A stretch of DNA of 53,777 nt, filler included, from Streblomastix strix (lineage: Eukaryota): NCBI GenBank assembly GCA_008636045.1. It is 3 parts of 3 records of this genome, joined end to end, with 100 filler letters (N's around TTAATTAATTAA, not from the genome) between each part and the next. Parts side by side here need not be neighbours in the genome. Positions count along the whole stretch, not along the records: positions 17,964 to 35,826 come from SNRW01000665.1; positions 35,927 to 53,777 come from SNRW01000666.1; 1 more part is not named here. The stretch is one strand, 5' to 3'. The notes under the pieces are model-generated. The model was not told the origin of the DNA and searched no databases. It saw only the letters and a list, made by a program, of their open reading frames with translations. Below, one piece after another: positions 24,055-38,579 of this stretch. The number at the start of each line of letters is the position of its first letter. Positions within the stretch are counted from its first letter, which is position 1. The position numbers and the translations under genes are program-made.

Positions 24055-27000
24055 TCATGATTATTCTATTTCATAGAGAAATTATAGAATTCTTTGAAAG
24101 AGATCATTCCCCTCCTAATGTTCAATTAAAATGTGGCCTAAAATTGACGATAGTGGTATTTGATTACAAAATGGGCATTAAGGTTTCTATCCATAAATAG
24201 GATGAAACCTTCCAGATGAAGTATATCTTTCCATTAGTGGATAAATTTATTTAGTGCGATTAAGTAATTGACGATTTTATTAATTTATTAAGCAAGAGTG
24301 GTTATAATCGATAGCTTTTATTTGTAGAACATTATTGAAACAGAATGGGCATTTGATTTATTTTAAAGATGAAGTTTATTGTAATGATTATTATTAAAGA
24401 TCATGTTCTCTTTATTATTTTTCCTATTCTCTTTATCTTTCTTTTTCTAATCTTTATTATTTTTCTTTTTCTAATCTTTCTTTTTCTAATCTTTATTATT
24501 TTTCTCTTTCAATTCTTTCTTTTTCAATTCTTTATTATTTTTCTCTTTCAATTCTTTCTTTTTCAATTCTTTATTATTCCAATAACTTTCTTAAATTTTC
24601 ATCTTCTTCTGCTTATAATTATCTGGCAAATTTTTCTTAATCAAATTCTTATCTTCTTCTTTATTCTTCTTCTTCTCTATTTAACTAATCTTATTATCGT
24701 TTTAACTCTTCTAATTCTTGTTATTCTTATAATTATTTTCTTTTTTATTCAAGAATTAATTATTATTTATTCTCTTCTTCTTACAGTTATTATGCAAATT
24801 AAATATCTTTTTATTCTTATTCTCTTTTTAATTTTTCTTATTCAAGTCTTTATTTCTAAATTTCTTCATTTCTCTTTTATTCAAGAGCTTATTATTAATG
24901 TTCCAAAATATGTTATTGATATTGATCAAATAAAATCATCTTATTACAGATTTCACAGGGAATTTGTTAATTGTTTATATCTTTATTTTTTCTCTCATTG
25001 TTAAAAATTTCTCCTGTATATTATTATTATTATTTCGCATTAATTATTTATAGAGTTTATATCAATTATTGTTAATGTATTTGATTGTGCTCTTCAAATT
25101 TGTTTAAATTAATTAACTATTTGCAAATCTCACAAGGAATTTGTTGTTAATTGTTATTTTATTTTTGTTGATGTTTTATTTCGTTCATTTTAATTTCAAC
25201 TTTGGTATTATCTTTTTTTTTAATGACATTTTCATGATTATATTTTGGTTGAAAATTCATTATGTCAATTTGAGGATGTTATAAATTATCATTTGGTTTA
25301 ATCTGTGGCAATTATTGTGTAAATATAACACTTTCTCCAGGAACAATATATTTTCTGTTAGTTTATATCAAGGATGGTTGAATAAACAATTATTGTGGTG
25401 GATTTAATTAAATTTATTATTCGGGTTGAAAATTATCAGGAATTTGATTAATGTTTGGTTAATTTAATTAAGGTTACAATTAATATATTTATTGATTATT
25501 TATTCTATCAGTGTTCTAAACTGGTTATTATTGATCATGCGTTTATTGATGTGGTTGAACAATAATTTAATTTTGTGGAAGAATACTTGATGGAGGAAGA
25601 ATATTAAGAAATTAGTGAGGATTATATTAATTTTAATTTAATGGTGGATTAACAATTTATTAAGGAATTTGTTAATGATCTTAAGGAATTGAATTATTCA
25701 GAATATTAGTTTCTGATTATTATAGTTAGAGTTAATTTTATTATTATTATTATGTGGAAAGAAGCAAAGATGGTTTTGGTGGATTCATCATTGACATATT
25801 TACATGAGCTTTATAAAATAAAATAAAATAAAGTAAAATAAATAATATTAAAAATATTGAAAATAAAATATAATAATTTATTCATACAAAAATTATCTTC
25901 CAATTAAAATCCAGACTCGAATAACTGTTATTATTGTTATTATTTTACTATTTATTGTTATTATTGTTATTATTAAGATATTATTTATGAATAGATTGGT
26001 TGAAGTTCAATTTCGGGATCATAATTTAGGACAGTTTTGATTTCATTTCCAGGAACAATATATGATGAATCAATATCATACTAACTGATACTAGTATCTC
26101 CGTTCTATTATAATGCAAGTGATGCAGATGCAATTTGATGAGAATATTAACTTATTTCATTTTATGCTTATTCACTTGTGAAGTAAGGATGCTGAAGAGC
26201 TTAATCTGCTGAAAATCTTTTTGTTCTATCAAATTAAAGAAGATTCAAAAGAAGATCCCAAAATAAATTATCTCGAATTAATGAAGGTCGATTTATGGTC
26301 TTGTTCTGTCGCATTAGACTAATAATTTAATGTTTAATGTTTATTATAAATAATAAATATTGAATAAATATAATCTATATTATATAATATATAATCATAT
26401 TCATACGTCTATAATTCTGGTACACTCGTCGCTTTAATCGGATATTGATGTGCAACAAGTTAGTATAGCACAACTCCAACAGACCAGATATCAACCTAAT
26501 TAAATTAATAATAAAGAAGAATAAGCAATAATAATATCATATGAATATTAAATAAATATACTTTCGAATCTGCTTTTCGATCTCCAATAACAAGTTCTGG
26601 TGCCATATTCAATGGAGTTCTGAAGAATATATAAAACAAACAATTAATTAAATAAATAAAAAAGATATTTTATATAAGTTACTATTTAAATATACCCTTT
26701 AGCTGACATCAACATAGTTCGCTATATTAAATTTTGAATCTTTACAAGTCCAAAGTCTGCAATCTTTACAATCTAATAAATGAAATAAAGATTAAATAAA
26801 TAATATTTTATCTTATTAGTAATTTAATTTATTTTAATTTTATTTATACCACTCGTTATGATCCTGGTGGACAATGCATCAATATATTTTCTCCTCTAAT
26901 ATCTCTGCAAATATAATAAGTTATAATAAATATAAATATAATAATAATAATAATAATAATAATATTAAAGCAAACCGATGAACTAATCCTTTTGCATGAA

Positions 27001-27729
27001 TAAGTTTCAATCCTTCAACTGAATCAAATTAATTGAAAAAAAATAAGCAAAATTAATCGCTAATTCAAAATTAAATTTCAAACAGAGTTGTTTTGCTATC
27101 GCTCTTACTGTTCCTCCTGAAAGATCATAATTTCGTTTAATGATGTGGTCAAGACTCTGAAAATAAACGAAATATGATAATTAGAAATAAAGTTTTGAAA
27201 AGATGAAGAATATTAGTAATAATACTTTCAAATTAGCGAATTCCATCAGAATCACTACAAGGTCATCAAATTGTCTTGCAAACTTGAATTGAATAATAAA
27301 TGGAATTGGATCTCCTCTAAATAAATAAATCAATTAGAAAAAAAAAATAAAAAAGAGAGAGAATATGATAATACTCTTAAAGTCGACCTGCTGCATCCCA
27401 CTCGATAGGATCAAACACCTAACTCTGCATCACTTTGGCTGCCATAAGACCAGTTTCCGTGCTGGCAACAAGAAATACGCTGAATAAAATAAAAATTGTA
27501 AAAAGAAAAAAAAGTGAATAGCTGCATACAGTCCAAATGCTCCTTGTCCTAGATAATATATACAAATAATAAATATATGACTATAAATAAACAATATATC
27601 GTATGAAACAAACCAACCGTCTTGAAAACCTAAAATGAACAAAGAAATATAAAATCACAGTCAACATGAAAGTTAATGCTATATTCAAACTTAGAATCCC
27701 TGGTTCTGAAGCAATTACATTTCTTCCAT
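24055..27729 (-). CDS. Ser/Thr protein kinase with Q/P-rich, zinc-finger-like and coiled-coil C-terminal regions
   Basis: Spliced motifs GQGAFG, AAKVM, ILMEFA, VHR|DIRGENIL, KIADFG, GTPLNMAPE, DIWSVG and RFSADQALQHPYF across more than 10 GT-AG introns. C-terminal PCEIC..H..H motifs occur twice and CPFC twice. Confidence 0.9.
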
Positions 27730-27991
27730 TGCAAATTATATTAAATTGATAATTGTCTGGACTGATATGAATAACGAATTATTAGTTTCGTTTTAGCCAT
27801 CTGTTCAACATTTTTGTCTTCATTCACATTTTTTTTTAAAAATTAAAATATAGTTTTATATCAAAAATTCTTTTTATAAGTTAAATCAAAAATGAAATGA
27901 AGAGTATGAAATGAAAAATGAAAAAATAATTCAGCAGTTGAGGATTCATTATTAATAGATGAGTGAAATTTTCAATATATCAATTGATAAT

Positions 27992-29150
27992 TCATTTTCT
28001 GTCTCCAAATCGAAATAACGATGGTCCACGCAATATTTTTGCAAGTTTTGCTTGTGCTGAACTTTATCGAAGAGGTTTAGCTTTATAATTTGATGAATAA
28101 ATTGATTATAATTTTGAAGGAGATGGAGTGCAATGCGATATAGATATAGCAGCTGAAGGTGATGTAGATAAAGATCCATAAGGAAGTTGAGATTGAGATT
28201 AAATTAATGAAGTGAGATTTGTAGAAGATTATGATTAAATAAATTAAATTTAATCAGATGCAGAAGGTGTTGATGTGGATGCATGAATAATTTATGCATT
28301 TTATATTGATGGAGCTCTTACAGGTGAGAATGAAATGTCAAATCGAACTTTCTGCTGTTATTCTTTTTGTTATTGAGATTATTCTTTTTCATTACTTATT
28401 TCAGTAACTTTCGTTACTAACGCTGTTATTGCCACAGTTTCTGCTAATTCAGCGATTCTAGTCAATTAATTCATATGATTCTCCAAATTGGACTTTTAAT
28501 TCTCATTTTAACCGTCTATCTTCCAGCATTTTTATCTCAGCTCCTGTTCTTCTTGCTCTTTCCTCTGCAAAAGCGAATCTTTCTGCATAAACTTCTTAAT
28601 TTCTTTGCTATTCTCTTTTTTCTTATTCAAGTTACTACTAATTCATGATCATTATAAGTTCCTATGAATTCTTATTATCTCGCATTAATTTGTCCTTGTC
28701 TCTCAATGATGACTGTTTCTCAGCATTGAGTTGTCTCTACAACTTCTGAATCTGCCATTTCTCCTCACAATTCTCAATTTATCTCTTCAATTTGCTCATT
28801 TCTTTCTGAGTTTCTTCTCTCAATTATCTTTCAGCGTACATCCCTGCTTTATATCTATCAATGTCATCTTATGTTTATTTAATCAATTCTTCTCTTTCTT
28901 TTTATACATTTACTCTCTCCTATGAATATTCAAAATCTCTTTAATCCAACATCTGATGTAATCTACTCTTTTCCTGATCTTATTCTTTTTATAACTTTAT
29001 AACCTTCTTTTCTAATGTTTTTGACAAAAATTAAGCTATTCTAAATGGATCAGATGTTCCGCCAAGATCCATTGGTACCAAGTTCTCACAGTGTCAATCA
29101 TGTAAGTGATAAGCAAATACGCAAAGTTCTTAGAAGTAACAGTCAAATGA
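27992..29150 (-). pseudogene. Coiled-coil gene remnant with a C2-domain fragment
   Basis: CENLVPMDLGGTSDPF (C2-like loop) near 29050-29095, followed by an E/K/Q-rich coiled coil and a Ser-rich tail. Interrupted frames. Confidence 0.4.
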
Positions 29151-29865
29151 TAACATTGTTGATGTTTCACGAGTTCCTTTCTTGATTTTTATGAAAATTT
29201 GATGTTAAATTTTATGATTCCTTTAATGATCATTATTCCAAAAAATCTAAGTATTTGAGATCTAGCTCACACCAAAATAAATTCATAGAAATGATAAATA
29301 GTAAATTATTATATTAATTTTTATTTTTCAATGAAAAAACAAATTTTAATTAATAAAAATATTTATTTGTTATTTATGAACTAAATAATTTAAAATATGA
29401 TATTATTTGTTGAATATTTTCTTAATATATAATATTTAAAGTAGATAATTATAGAAATAAATCAAAAGATTGGGTAGATGTTCAAAAATTTGATATAGAA
29501 CCTTTAAAAAAAAATATTAATGTTAACGATTCTTAATTATTACAAATTAATAATAAATAACTTACCAAATATTTATAAAGAACATTAAAATAGATATTAT
29601 AATTTATTTAAACGTAATTCAAGATATTTAATTTTATATATTTTATTTTGCGTTTTTTTCTGCTGTGAGAGGTTGAGTAAATACATTATATTGAATTTTT
29701 AAGAGTGAATAAAAATTAACAATTGTTTTTAAAATTATTAACCAAATACTCTTCCCAGTATTTAGTTAACTATAAAATATTTTTTACTGTCGTTATAAAA
29801 TTAATTTCTATTATATATACTAATATTTTTTATTTATTTTATTTTTTATATTTTAATTAGTAAAT

Positions 29866-31564
29866 ATGGCTACTGAAAAAGAACCAGACGTCTCAAAAAT
29901 CACCGAGTCAATTTTTGTTGGCAGCTAGCAGGCAGCAGCAAGCAAACAAGTGCTGTAAAAATATGGCATCAAGCGTATTTTGAGATTACGTTCGCTTTCA
30001 TCACCAAAATTAGGGAGCGAATTTGTGCCAGTCGTCTCGTTCATCCAAGTAGAAGATTTGTCCAGTTCGAACATCACGTCATGTCTAGGGCCTTCATTTG
30101 CAGCTATCTAAGAGGCTCTCGATGCTGGCCAGCGTATTCTTATTCATTGTCACGCTGGAAAATCACGTAGCCCCGCCATTGTGATTGCGTTTCTAATGAG
30201 GCATCATCATGTTCCTCTGAGCGTCGCTTACAGGCACGTTGAGAGAGAAAGACATGGGTATATTAATATTTTTATTATCGTATCAATATATAATATATAT
30301 TTTTTATTCTAGGCTTGCCATGAACCCTACCTTCAAAAGATAGCTATCTGATTACGAGAATCAACTATTTGGGCGACGTTCGATGCGTTACTGCGTTTTC
30401 TGTGGTGATTTCGACTGCTCCTGTCTGAAGTTCAATCTGCTCCAATGTGTATTCCGCGAGCAAGTGAAGTTCTCCATCAAACTGATAGCGAACGAGTACA
30501 ACGCGAACTACCGCGCAGCTGGCGGGCAACTTGTGTCCAAATTCTCAACACCAGAGATGGATTAACAACTTGCGAAGAAATCATCAATCCCAGGATTAAG
30601 GCCTGATTTCGCAGAGATCATGGAGTACATATCAAACATCACCAGGGAGGGTAGACAGCTTGTGTATGACCAGCTGAGATATGAGATACTCCGGGTTTAG
30701 ATGGAAGAATCAGAAAGGAAGAAAAGACTTGAGCAATTTGATAAGATATTTGTGTGCAAGTGCAGAAGAAGGAGAGCTAAAAGATTGGCTGAGAAAGCAG
30801 CTGCTGAAGCGAAAGCTAAGGCGTAAGCTGATGGATCTGCAGGTACAGCTACAGAGGTTGTAAATACTGGCGCTCCGTCACCTTTAGAGTAGAATGCATA
30901 ATAATAGTAATAATAACCAGTAGTCGAATAAGTGAAATAAGAAACAACAACATCAACATAACCAACATCCAGTTCAACATCAACATAGCCACAAGTGGAT
31001 GGAGCAACATAAGCATCAGGATCACCACAACAGACTCAATAATAATAACAATAAGAAGATGAAGATAGTTCAGACAGTGATGAAGATGATGACGAGTATA
31101 TAGATGATGATGAAGATGATAAAGAAGATGAGTGCGGTTGGTGCTGGGAATACGAGAACTGGGACATCCATGCTATGCTTAATGGGATTACTGAGAAGTC
31201 ACCTTATTCAAGGATTGTAAGGATACCAGCGTATTATGATGTGAGCTCTATATCAGCAGCACCATTGGAAGATGAAGCAAAAGAAGAGGAGAAGAAAGAA
31301 GATGAGTAAGATAAAGAGAAAGATAAAGAGAAAGACAAAGAAACTGAAGGATAAGAAGGCGAATAAGAAGAAGGAGAGGAAGAAGGAGAAGAAGATGAGG
31401 AATTTGATGAGGATGATGATGAGAACTACGAGATGATAGAAGCATGCAACTCGAGGTTTGTGATGTTGATGCATGACAGGAATCATCTTGAAAGGTTCTT
31501 CAGAGCTGCATCATTCAGAGCGTTTAAGGAGAACTTGGATATGGTAAGGCGGTGCATGATCTGA
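29866..31564 (+). CDS. Dual-specificity protein phosphatase with an extended C-terminus
   Basis: SKITESIFVGS, VEDLSSSNI, active site ILIHCHAGKSRSPAIVIAFLM and MNPTFKRQL. One intron at about 30258-30312; TGA at 31562-31564. Confidence 0.9.
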
Positions 31565-32119
31565 AGTGGCGCATGTCATTTTTGTATGATTAACACTGGG
31601 TTGGTTATTTATAAATAAAAAATTCAAAATAAATTAAAAAATATTTTTTTTGATTGGTTTTGAATTTTAATAAAAACATAAAAATATTAGTGAACTATCG
31701 AATGAATGAATTAGAAATGGAAATATAAAGAGAAATATAGATAATAATTGAAAGAGAGATAGAAAGATAGATTGAAAAAGAAAGAGATTGATAAAGAGAA
31801 ATAAGGAAGGATAAGAATAGATTGAGATTGATACAGTAAAGATAGATTGAATAATAAAGAAGGTGATGTAAGTAATGATTCACAATAGATTGAGATTGGT
31901 TCAGTAAAGTGGAAATCGTACATGACTTTGGAGATTATTTTGATTCAGATGTTAAATTTTATTGCTTTTTAATCAAATAAATAAATAAATAACATAATTC
32001 AAATATTTATTCATTCTTGTGGAATATTTTTATACACAACAATAGCAAAATAAAATTAAAAATCTCAAAAAATGTATAAATAATTAACTAAATTAATTTA
32101 AAAAAACGTGTTATCAATC

Positions 32120-34002
32120 AAATAAATTAAAACAGTATAAAATATGAATCAAATAAATATTAATAAAAAATAATAAATTCAATATGAAACAAATAATTAT
32201 AATCGCAAAAAATGCAACCCAATATAAAATCATTTAATAAACCTTGCTTCTAACTCACGAAGTATTTAAATCTCTCTTTCAAAACCTAAGTTAATACAGA
32301 GACATTCAAAGTTCTCATGTCCAATTTATTTTAATATAATATTTGTTTCCTTCTTGTACCTCTATCTTTACCGGCGATGTTCCATCTTTATAGCACGAAA
32401 CGCTGAAACAGTGAGTGACAATATCATAAGAGCAACTATTGGTGATGTAGGAATAAAGCACGTAATCATATTGTATGAACGAAAGATTGGAGATCCATCA
32501 AACCATTGAGCGATTAACCAGATCATCCACATGTTCAATCCAATTACTGATCCAATTATTAGCACTGATCCAAAGATCAACCAATAAAAACTCGTTCCTC
32601 CTGCGGTTATCACCAAAATGAATGCAAGAATAAGACAAATTTATGTTGGGTAAAAAGCCGTTGTCCATTTCATTTATATTATCTCTGAAAAATAAATATA
32701 AGAAAAAAATATAGAAAATTAATAAATGATTATAAATGTATTATTTAGTTATAATTTTATAATTAAAATGTTTTGAATTACATACCATCCAATTTTAGAA
32801 CAAAAATCACAATTTGTGCTTATATTCCAATAGAAATAAGTACGATTAATATATTAATTAATCGAGATTTTTTTTCTAACTATTCAATGCTTTCTTTCCT
32901 TACTACGTACAATCCTAATAGTGTAAGTAATTCTAATGGGATAAATACATAAATGTATCCAATGTTAATCAATTGATCATTATTAAGGTCAATAGCAAGT
33001 CTGAATAGTGAACATAATATAATTGAAGAAGAAACTTTGAAATTAAAATTCTTCATTCTTTTATATGCAATCATTATCAAAGGAATAATCGATATTATTC
33101 CTGATAATGAATATGAGTGCATAAATCTTCTTACCCAATGTTTCTATTATAATATATGAATATTCAATTATGATTTATCATTTGATTGATTAATATCTGT
33201 TTGAGATTAATGATTAATAGCATTTTATAATATATTATTAATAGTATTATTTATATGTTAAAATGTCGAAGTTCTAATTTCAGAATATCCTCCTTTGTTG
33301 CATGAATAGATATAAAACAGTATTGTCAGGATCAACCAAATAAGAATCATTATTTCCATTAAGCCCTTAAGAATATATGATAATATATTTATTCCAATTC
33401 GTTTTTAAACTTATTTCGAAATATCTTTGGTTGTTCGTTGATTCTTCTATAATTTGTTATAAATTCTGAATTTTAAAATAAAAATGGCGTAATTAATATG
33501 TAATAAAATATAGTAAATGAATAAATACAAACAGAAATGTATCTCTCCACCCTTCATTGCTTATTCCAAATAATCGTCGTTAATTCATATCTTCACTTTT
33601 CTAATATTAAAAACATTAAATATCCTGGAATGGATTCTAAACTATATGAAGCTGTTGTAGCCAGTTATTGCGCTCAGATATCACAATATCTCTCCAAATG
33701 CTAATTAGATATAAGAAAATAAATGAAAAAAGAAAATATAATGCATACTCATCTTAATGTGAAATTAAATTGAATCGGTGACAAGTCAATCTTACACTTC
33801 TCAATGATTAAAGATTCAATTTTGAAAAAACACTGAAAAGAAATTAAATATTATAATAAAATTGAACTGTAAACATTACAAGAAGCTCATCAGGAAGATT
33901 ATCTGTATCAAATTATGAATAATAATAATTTTATTCATAGGGAAAAATTTTATTTAAACCTAGTTCATAACCTTTATTCAAATCGTTCTTAATATTGCTC
34001 AT
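32120..34002 (-). CDS. F-box protein with multiple predicted transmembrane segments
   Basis: DNLPDELL|..VFSKLNLQSLRSVRLTCHRFNLI..IWR is an F-box. Downstream exons are hydrophobic (e.g. FYWLIFGSVLIIGSVIGLNMWMIWLIAQWFDG). The 3' end is uncertain. Confidence 0.65.
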
Positions 34003-35073
34003 TTTCTAAATATCTAAAATAAATATAAAAATAAGTATATAATGAACTAATATGAATGAAAAGTGACATTAAATTTGGAATTATGTTTTATTCTAGTGCG
34101 ACGAGAGGTTTATTAATTTTTATTTTAAAATGATCAGCAGCGGTTTGGATGATTTAAAAAGTATTGATTTAAGTTAAATATTAAATTATATAATAGTATA
34201 TCTAAGATTAATATAATTAGAATGTATTGAATACTTGATATAGAGAAGAAAAAGCTATTTTTTGTTTGCGCGTGTTCGTGTGTTCATAATCTAAATATTA
34301 ATAAAATATTGAATTTAAAATGGAAAACTATTCAAAAATGCATATGATAATTGATGAATAACGTTGTACTTGTGGAGATAAATTAATTCCCCATTCCAAC
34401 AAATTTTTCTGGGAAATCAATTCTATACTAATTTGAGCCTCTACGAATTTTATTATTATTACTATGACCATCTAAAAATAATCTTAACATTATTTTATAG
34501 TTTATTTATAAATTTATTCTTAATTCAAAAATTTATTTATTATTCATCTTAAGCTTAATTATTACATTTCATTTTATTTAATATTAATACAATTAAATAT
34601 GCTGAACCAATTTTTCTATTAAGTCATCTTAAATTCTTTTTTTGAAATGCTACAAACTAGATAATAATTATTTAATAAATTTCAACTTAAATTTTAGGTT
34701 ATTTGGCTGTGGATCATTACGAATTTCCTTTTATTTCCAAGTTTCAATATAATTTTTTATTTTCATCATATTCTACGTATTAATTATTTTTAACTATCAA
34801 CATGTAATATAATTTATTCATTTAAAATAGCATTTAATATAAACTCTTATTTTTCCATTTTTTTTGTTTAATATTTCTTCAATTATTATTATATTCAAAA
34901 GAATCATATTTGTAACTATTCATTTTATACTTTGGTTGAAATATGAAAAATCATATTACATTAAACGATGCTTGTATGATTAAATCTATTATAATTTATT
35001 TTAATCTTTAGATTCATATTAAAATATAATTTAATCTTTATTGTTCTATATTTATTTAATTTTAAAATATATA

Positions 35074-35826
35074 TAGGAGTGTCCATTCAGTAGGATCACT
35101 TCGTATTTTTTTATTTAAAAATATTTAAAATAATTTTTTGAACAATAGCTGGAGTTGCAAATTTTTCGATTTGCCTCCGCTATAAAAACGAGCAAAAAAT
35201 ATAATTTTATTTTTTTGTCATCATAGAAATAATATTATTATATAATTTTTATTAAAAATGTATTTTAAAATTTTTTCAGATACATTGATGCACAATTACA
35301 ACGTCTTTAGCGGCAAACGCTCGTATAAACAGAAAATTTTTATTTTTTCGTTTTTTATTCAAACCACCATTTCTAATTCATCAATTATTATAATTTAATA
35401 TAAAAAACATTAAAATACTTATTTTATAATTATTCAATTTAATTTATCTCAAAAATCGAACACGTATTTTACAAAAAAAAATTTAAATTGAAATTTCGCA
35501 AATAAGCATAGCTATAATTATAATTTTTATTGGTCCAATTTTTAAAAAATAAATATAAATAAAGTATTTTACATAAAAAAGAGTAATTAAGCATGAAATG
35601 GGCGGAAAAAACGAAAAATTAAAAAAAAATCGGTTTTCACGAATGTGTGCCTCTGAAAATGTAATTTTTGTCCTTCAATATACCTGTAAAAATTTAAATA
35701 AATATTTAAAATAAAAACTAAATGATAAGATTAGCTTTCTGCTGTTGAAAAAACATGGATATATTTTTTGCTTAATTTTTCAGAGGATGCAAATCTAAAT
35801 GTTTGCAACTCCAATTTTTGTTTATA
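35074..35826. mobile_element. Non-coding element with long imperfect inverted arms (MITE-like), right end cut by the contig end
   Basis: GGAGTTGCAAA (35151) pairs with TTTGCAACTCC (35802-35812). GATTTGC..GCAAAAAATAT pairs with 35761-35795, and inner arms at about 35343-35373 pair with about 35595-35618. Confidence 0.6.
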
Positions 35827-35926
35827 NNNNNNNNNNNNNNNNNNNNNNNNNNNNNNNNNNNNNNNNNNNNTTAATTAATTAANNNNNNNNNNNNNNNNNN
35901 NNNNNNNNNNNNNNNNNNNNNNNNNN
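35827..35926. other. Artificial contig-joining spacer
   Basis: 100-nt N run with a central TTAATTAATTAA. Confidence 0.98.
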
Positions 35927-37500
35927 ATAAGTTATTAGTTAGAAGACTTAACGTGGATAATCATTTCTTATTTTATCAATTGTATAAGGAACTTGGAAAG
36001 ATAATGGATTAATGATTGGAGCTCGATCAATCAGTTTTGAAGGTGCTAGTGTTAATGAAACAATTTTGACGAACAAAATCACATACAAGATTTGGTTAGC
36101 TTGTGTTATAGGAGGAATACTATATATCAGAAATATTGTATTAAGATAGACTTCATCACCCGGATCATACGATGTAATACTAGTATTGCGTGGTGACGGA
36201 ACAATAGAACTCGCATAGGTAGTTATTAGACAACGTGAATAATCGTTGAAATAATCTAGTAGTATAATTTATGCAACAGTTAGTGATTTAATTATCAATG
36301 ATAGTATATTTGAAAAAATATTATTTACAAATATGCTTTCTCCACCATAATATGCTGCAACTATTTATTGTGAAGATAAATTTTAATATTTATCAGTCAC
36401 CAATTCAAATTTCACACAGTAATATACATCATTAGCTGATCCAACTTTAGATGAATAAATTAGACAGTAAGATTAATTAGAATATGAAAGAGAATGTATT
36501 GTTATATAAAATGTATAGACGTTGAAATTATTGAATTGCAACTTCACTCAGAATCAAGGATGGCGAACTGGGGCAATAAATATACAAAAAATGAGAAATA
36601 ATTGGAATTTTCAAGTACCTAAATTAGATGATTATTATCTCATATTAAAAGGATGCTAGTTGATAGGTATGAGTTGAATTGATGAAGTTGAGAACAGTGT
36701 ATCAGCAATTGATTCATATGGAATGAAAGTAATTTTTGAACCATGTGTATTTGATATGAATACTTAATAATCCAATATGATGAATATCAAAATAAATTAA
36801 TAAGATAAAAAAAAGAAATGAAGATGAATAAACATAACATGAAGAACATCTTATTCCAACATATAGATGGAATATTTCATACACAAGATAGAATGCAGGA
36901 AGTCCCATACTTTCTAAAGGAACTAACTCATTAACCTTCTTTAAGACGCAATATCACTTCTTGGTGCCAATCTAACTATAGTTGATCCTTATGTGCAATT
37001 TCTAAACAACATTGATAGTGATTTATTGTAAGGAATTCATATTAATGAAGATGAAGATTAACCTGAAATTATAAATCCAACTCTCTTAAGAAGAAATATA
37101 AAATGTAGATATGAAAGTAGAATCATTTCACCAACTAAAGGCTTCTCAGAGAACGGATTATAAGAAGATTCTTAGTGGATATTAAAAACATTAGAAGGAA
37201 GTTTTGGTTAAAGTGGTTGGCAGGAAAATATTAATGAAAATGAATGTTAATTAGCAGGAGAATTGAGAGATGTAAAATCACCATTGTTTATTCATCATAT
37301 TGATAAAACTAATGGGAAAATGAGCTTAGATTAATTAGGTGTAGATATTACATTAATTGGAAGATATTTAGTGAGAAGTGGAGTAATGAAATATAAAATA
37401 TGTGAGAAGATGAAAGTAACAAATTAAGATGGATAAATAATACCAGGGAAAGTAATAGAGAGAGATTTCCACTGCACTGATGAGATTTGTTTATATTATT
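35927..37500 (+). pseudogene. Degenerate beta-helix (pectin-lyase-like) hypothetical protein
   Basis: With TAR=Gln: LIINDSIFEKI, LSVTNSNFTQ and LKLLNCNFTQNQGWRTGAINI repeats. In-frame TGA stops after about 36675. Confidence 0.45.
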
Positions 37501-38579
37501 TGATAATTAATTCATTTTTTTATGAATGAGTTTTAATTTTAAATATATCTGTTTTAATTTTATATTAATTTTATACTATAGTTCATATTTTGCACCTTAA
37601 TTTTACAAATTTCACATAATATATGTTGGTTTATTTAATGAACATCAATTTTATTTATAAATTTCTTTATTAAATTAATTATAATTGATTACCTTAATAA
37701 GTTATTTAGTTAAAAAATATTTTTTTAGTTTATTTAGAATATTGCACACTAATCAGATCTTTCTTGTATTGAGATAATAACTTACTTTAATTGATCTTCA
37801 TTTAATTAAAAAACGGCTTCTAATTTAATTATTATTGATGTTCGTCTTTATGTTATTTTGTTTTATGTAAAAAACATATATTTACTAATTTGAATATTTA
37901 GTTATTATAATCAGCTATAATAAAAAGGTTTCATTTTTTTTAAAATTTCTACAATAAAAAAAATAGATTCAGAATAAGAATGTGAAACTTTACAGGGCGT
38001 GACTGTCAAAGCGCCTCTCATTGATGACATAGGAGGAACTTTACATTTTTGTATGTTCTAATTGTGCGAAACAACTTTAATTCCAGCATACGTAAGGGTC
38101 ACGCCCTCTTCGACGAAAAAAAAACTTGTTTTTATGTTTTTCACCGCCTATTCATTTGAACTGCTATTTATGAATATAATATGTTTAAATTATGATATAT
38201 CATTTCAAATCTATCTGAAACATCAATAAGCAAATGTCGATAAGGCTATTAACTGAAAGTTTCACAAAATATTTAAAGTACGTTTTTCTTATAGTATACA
38301 ATTTTATACAATTCAAAACTAAAAATTTCCTTATGGTACTTGTCAAGCAAACTTAATTATTTCATAAATGTTACTAATAATTAAATTTCTACAAAATAAG
38401 TTTTTGAATCGAATTTCTTGTTCATTAAAACAATATGTTTTATTCATTTACATTTTATTTATTTTATTTTTCTTCTATTCGTTAGATTCATCAATAATGC
38501 TAGATTTTGGATTTGCGGAGTTTCCAGAATTACAACCTCATTTGTAAATTTTTATCATCTTTTATCAAATTTAAGGGCT

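Noticed and set aside
24369..25004. 211-aa hydrophobic ORF on the + strand that looks like a membrane protein
   Set aside because: It is the antisense shadow of the E/K/R/Q-rich coiled coil of the minus-strand kinase.
31690..31930. E/K/Q-rich + strand stretch and hydrophobic minus-strand ORFs
   Set aside because: Short and low-complexity with no domain evidence.
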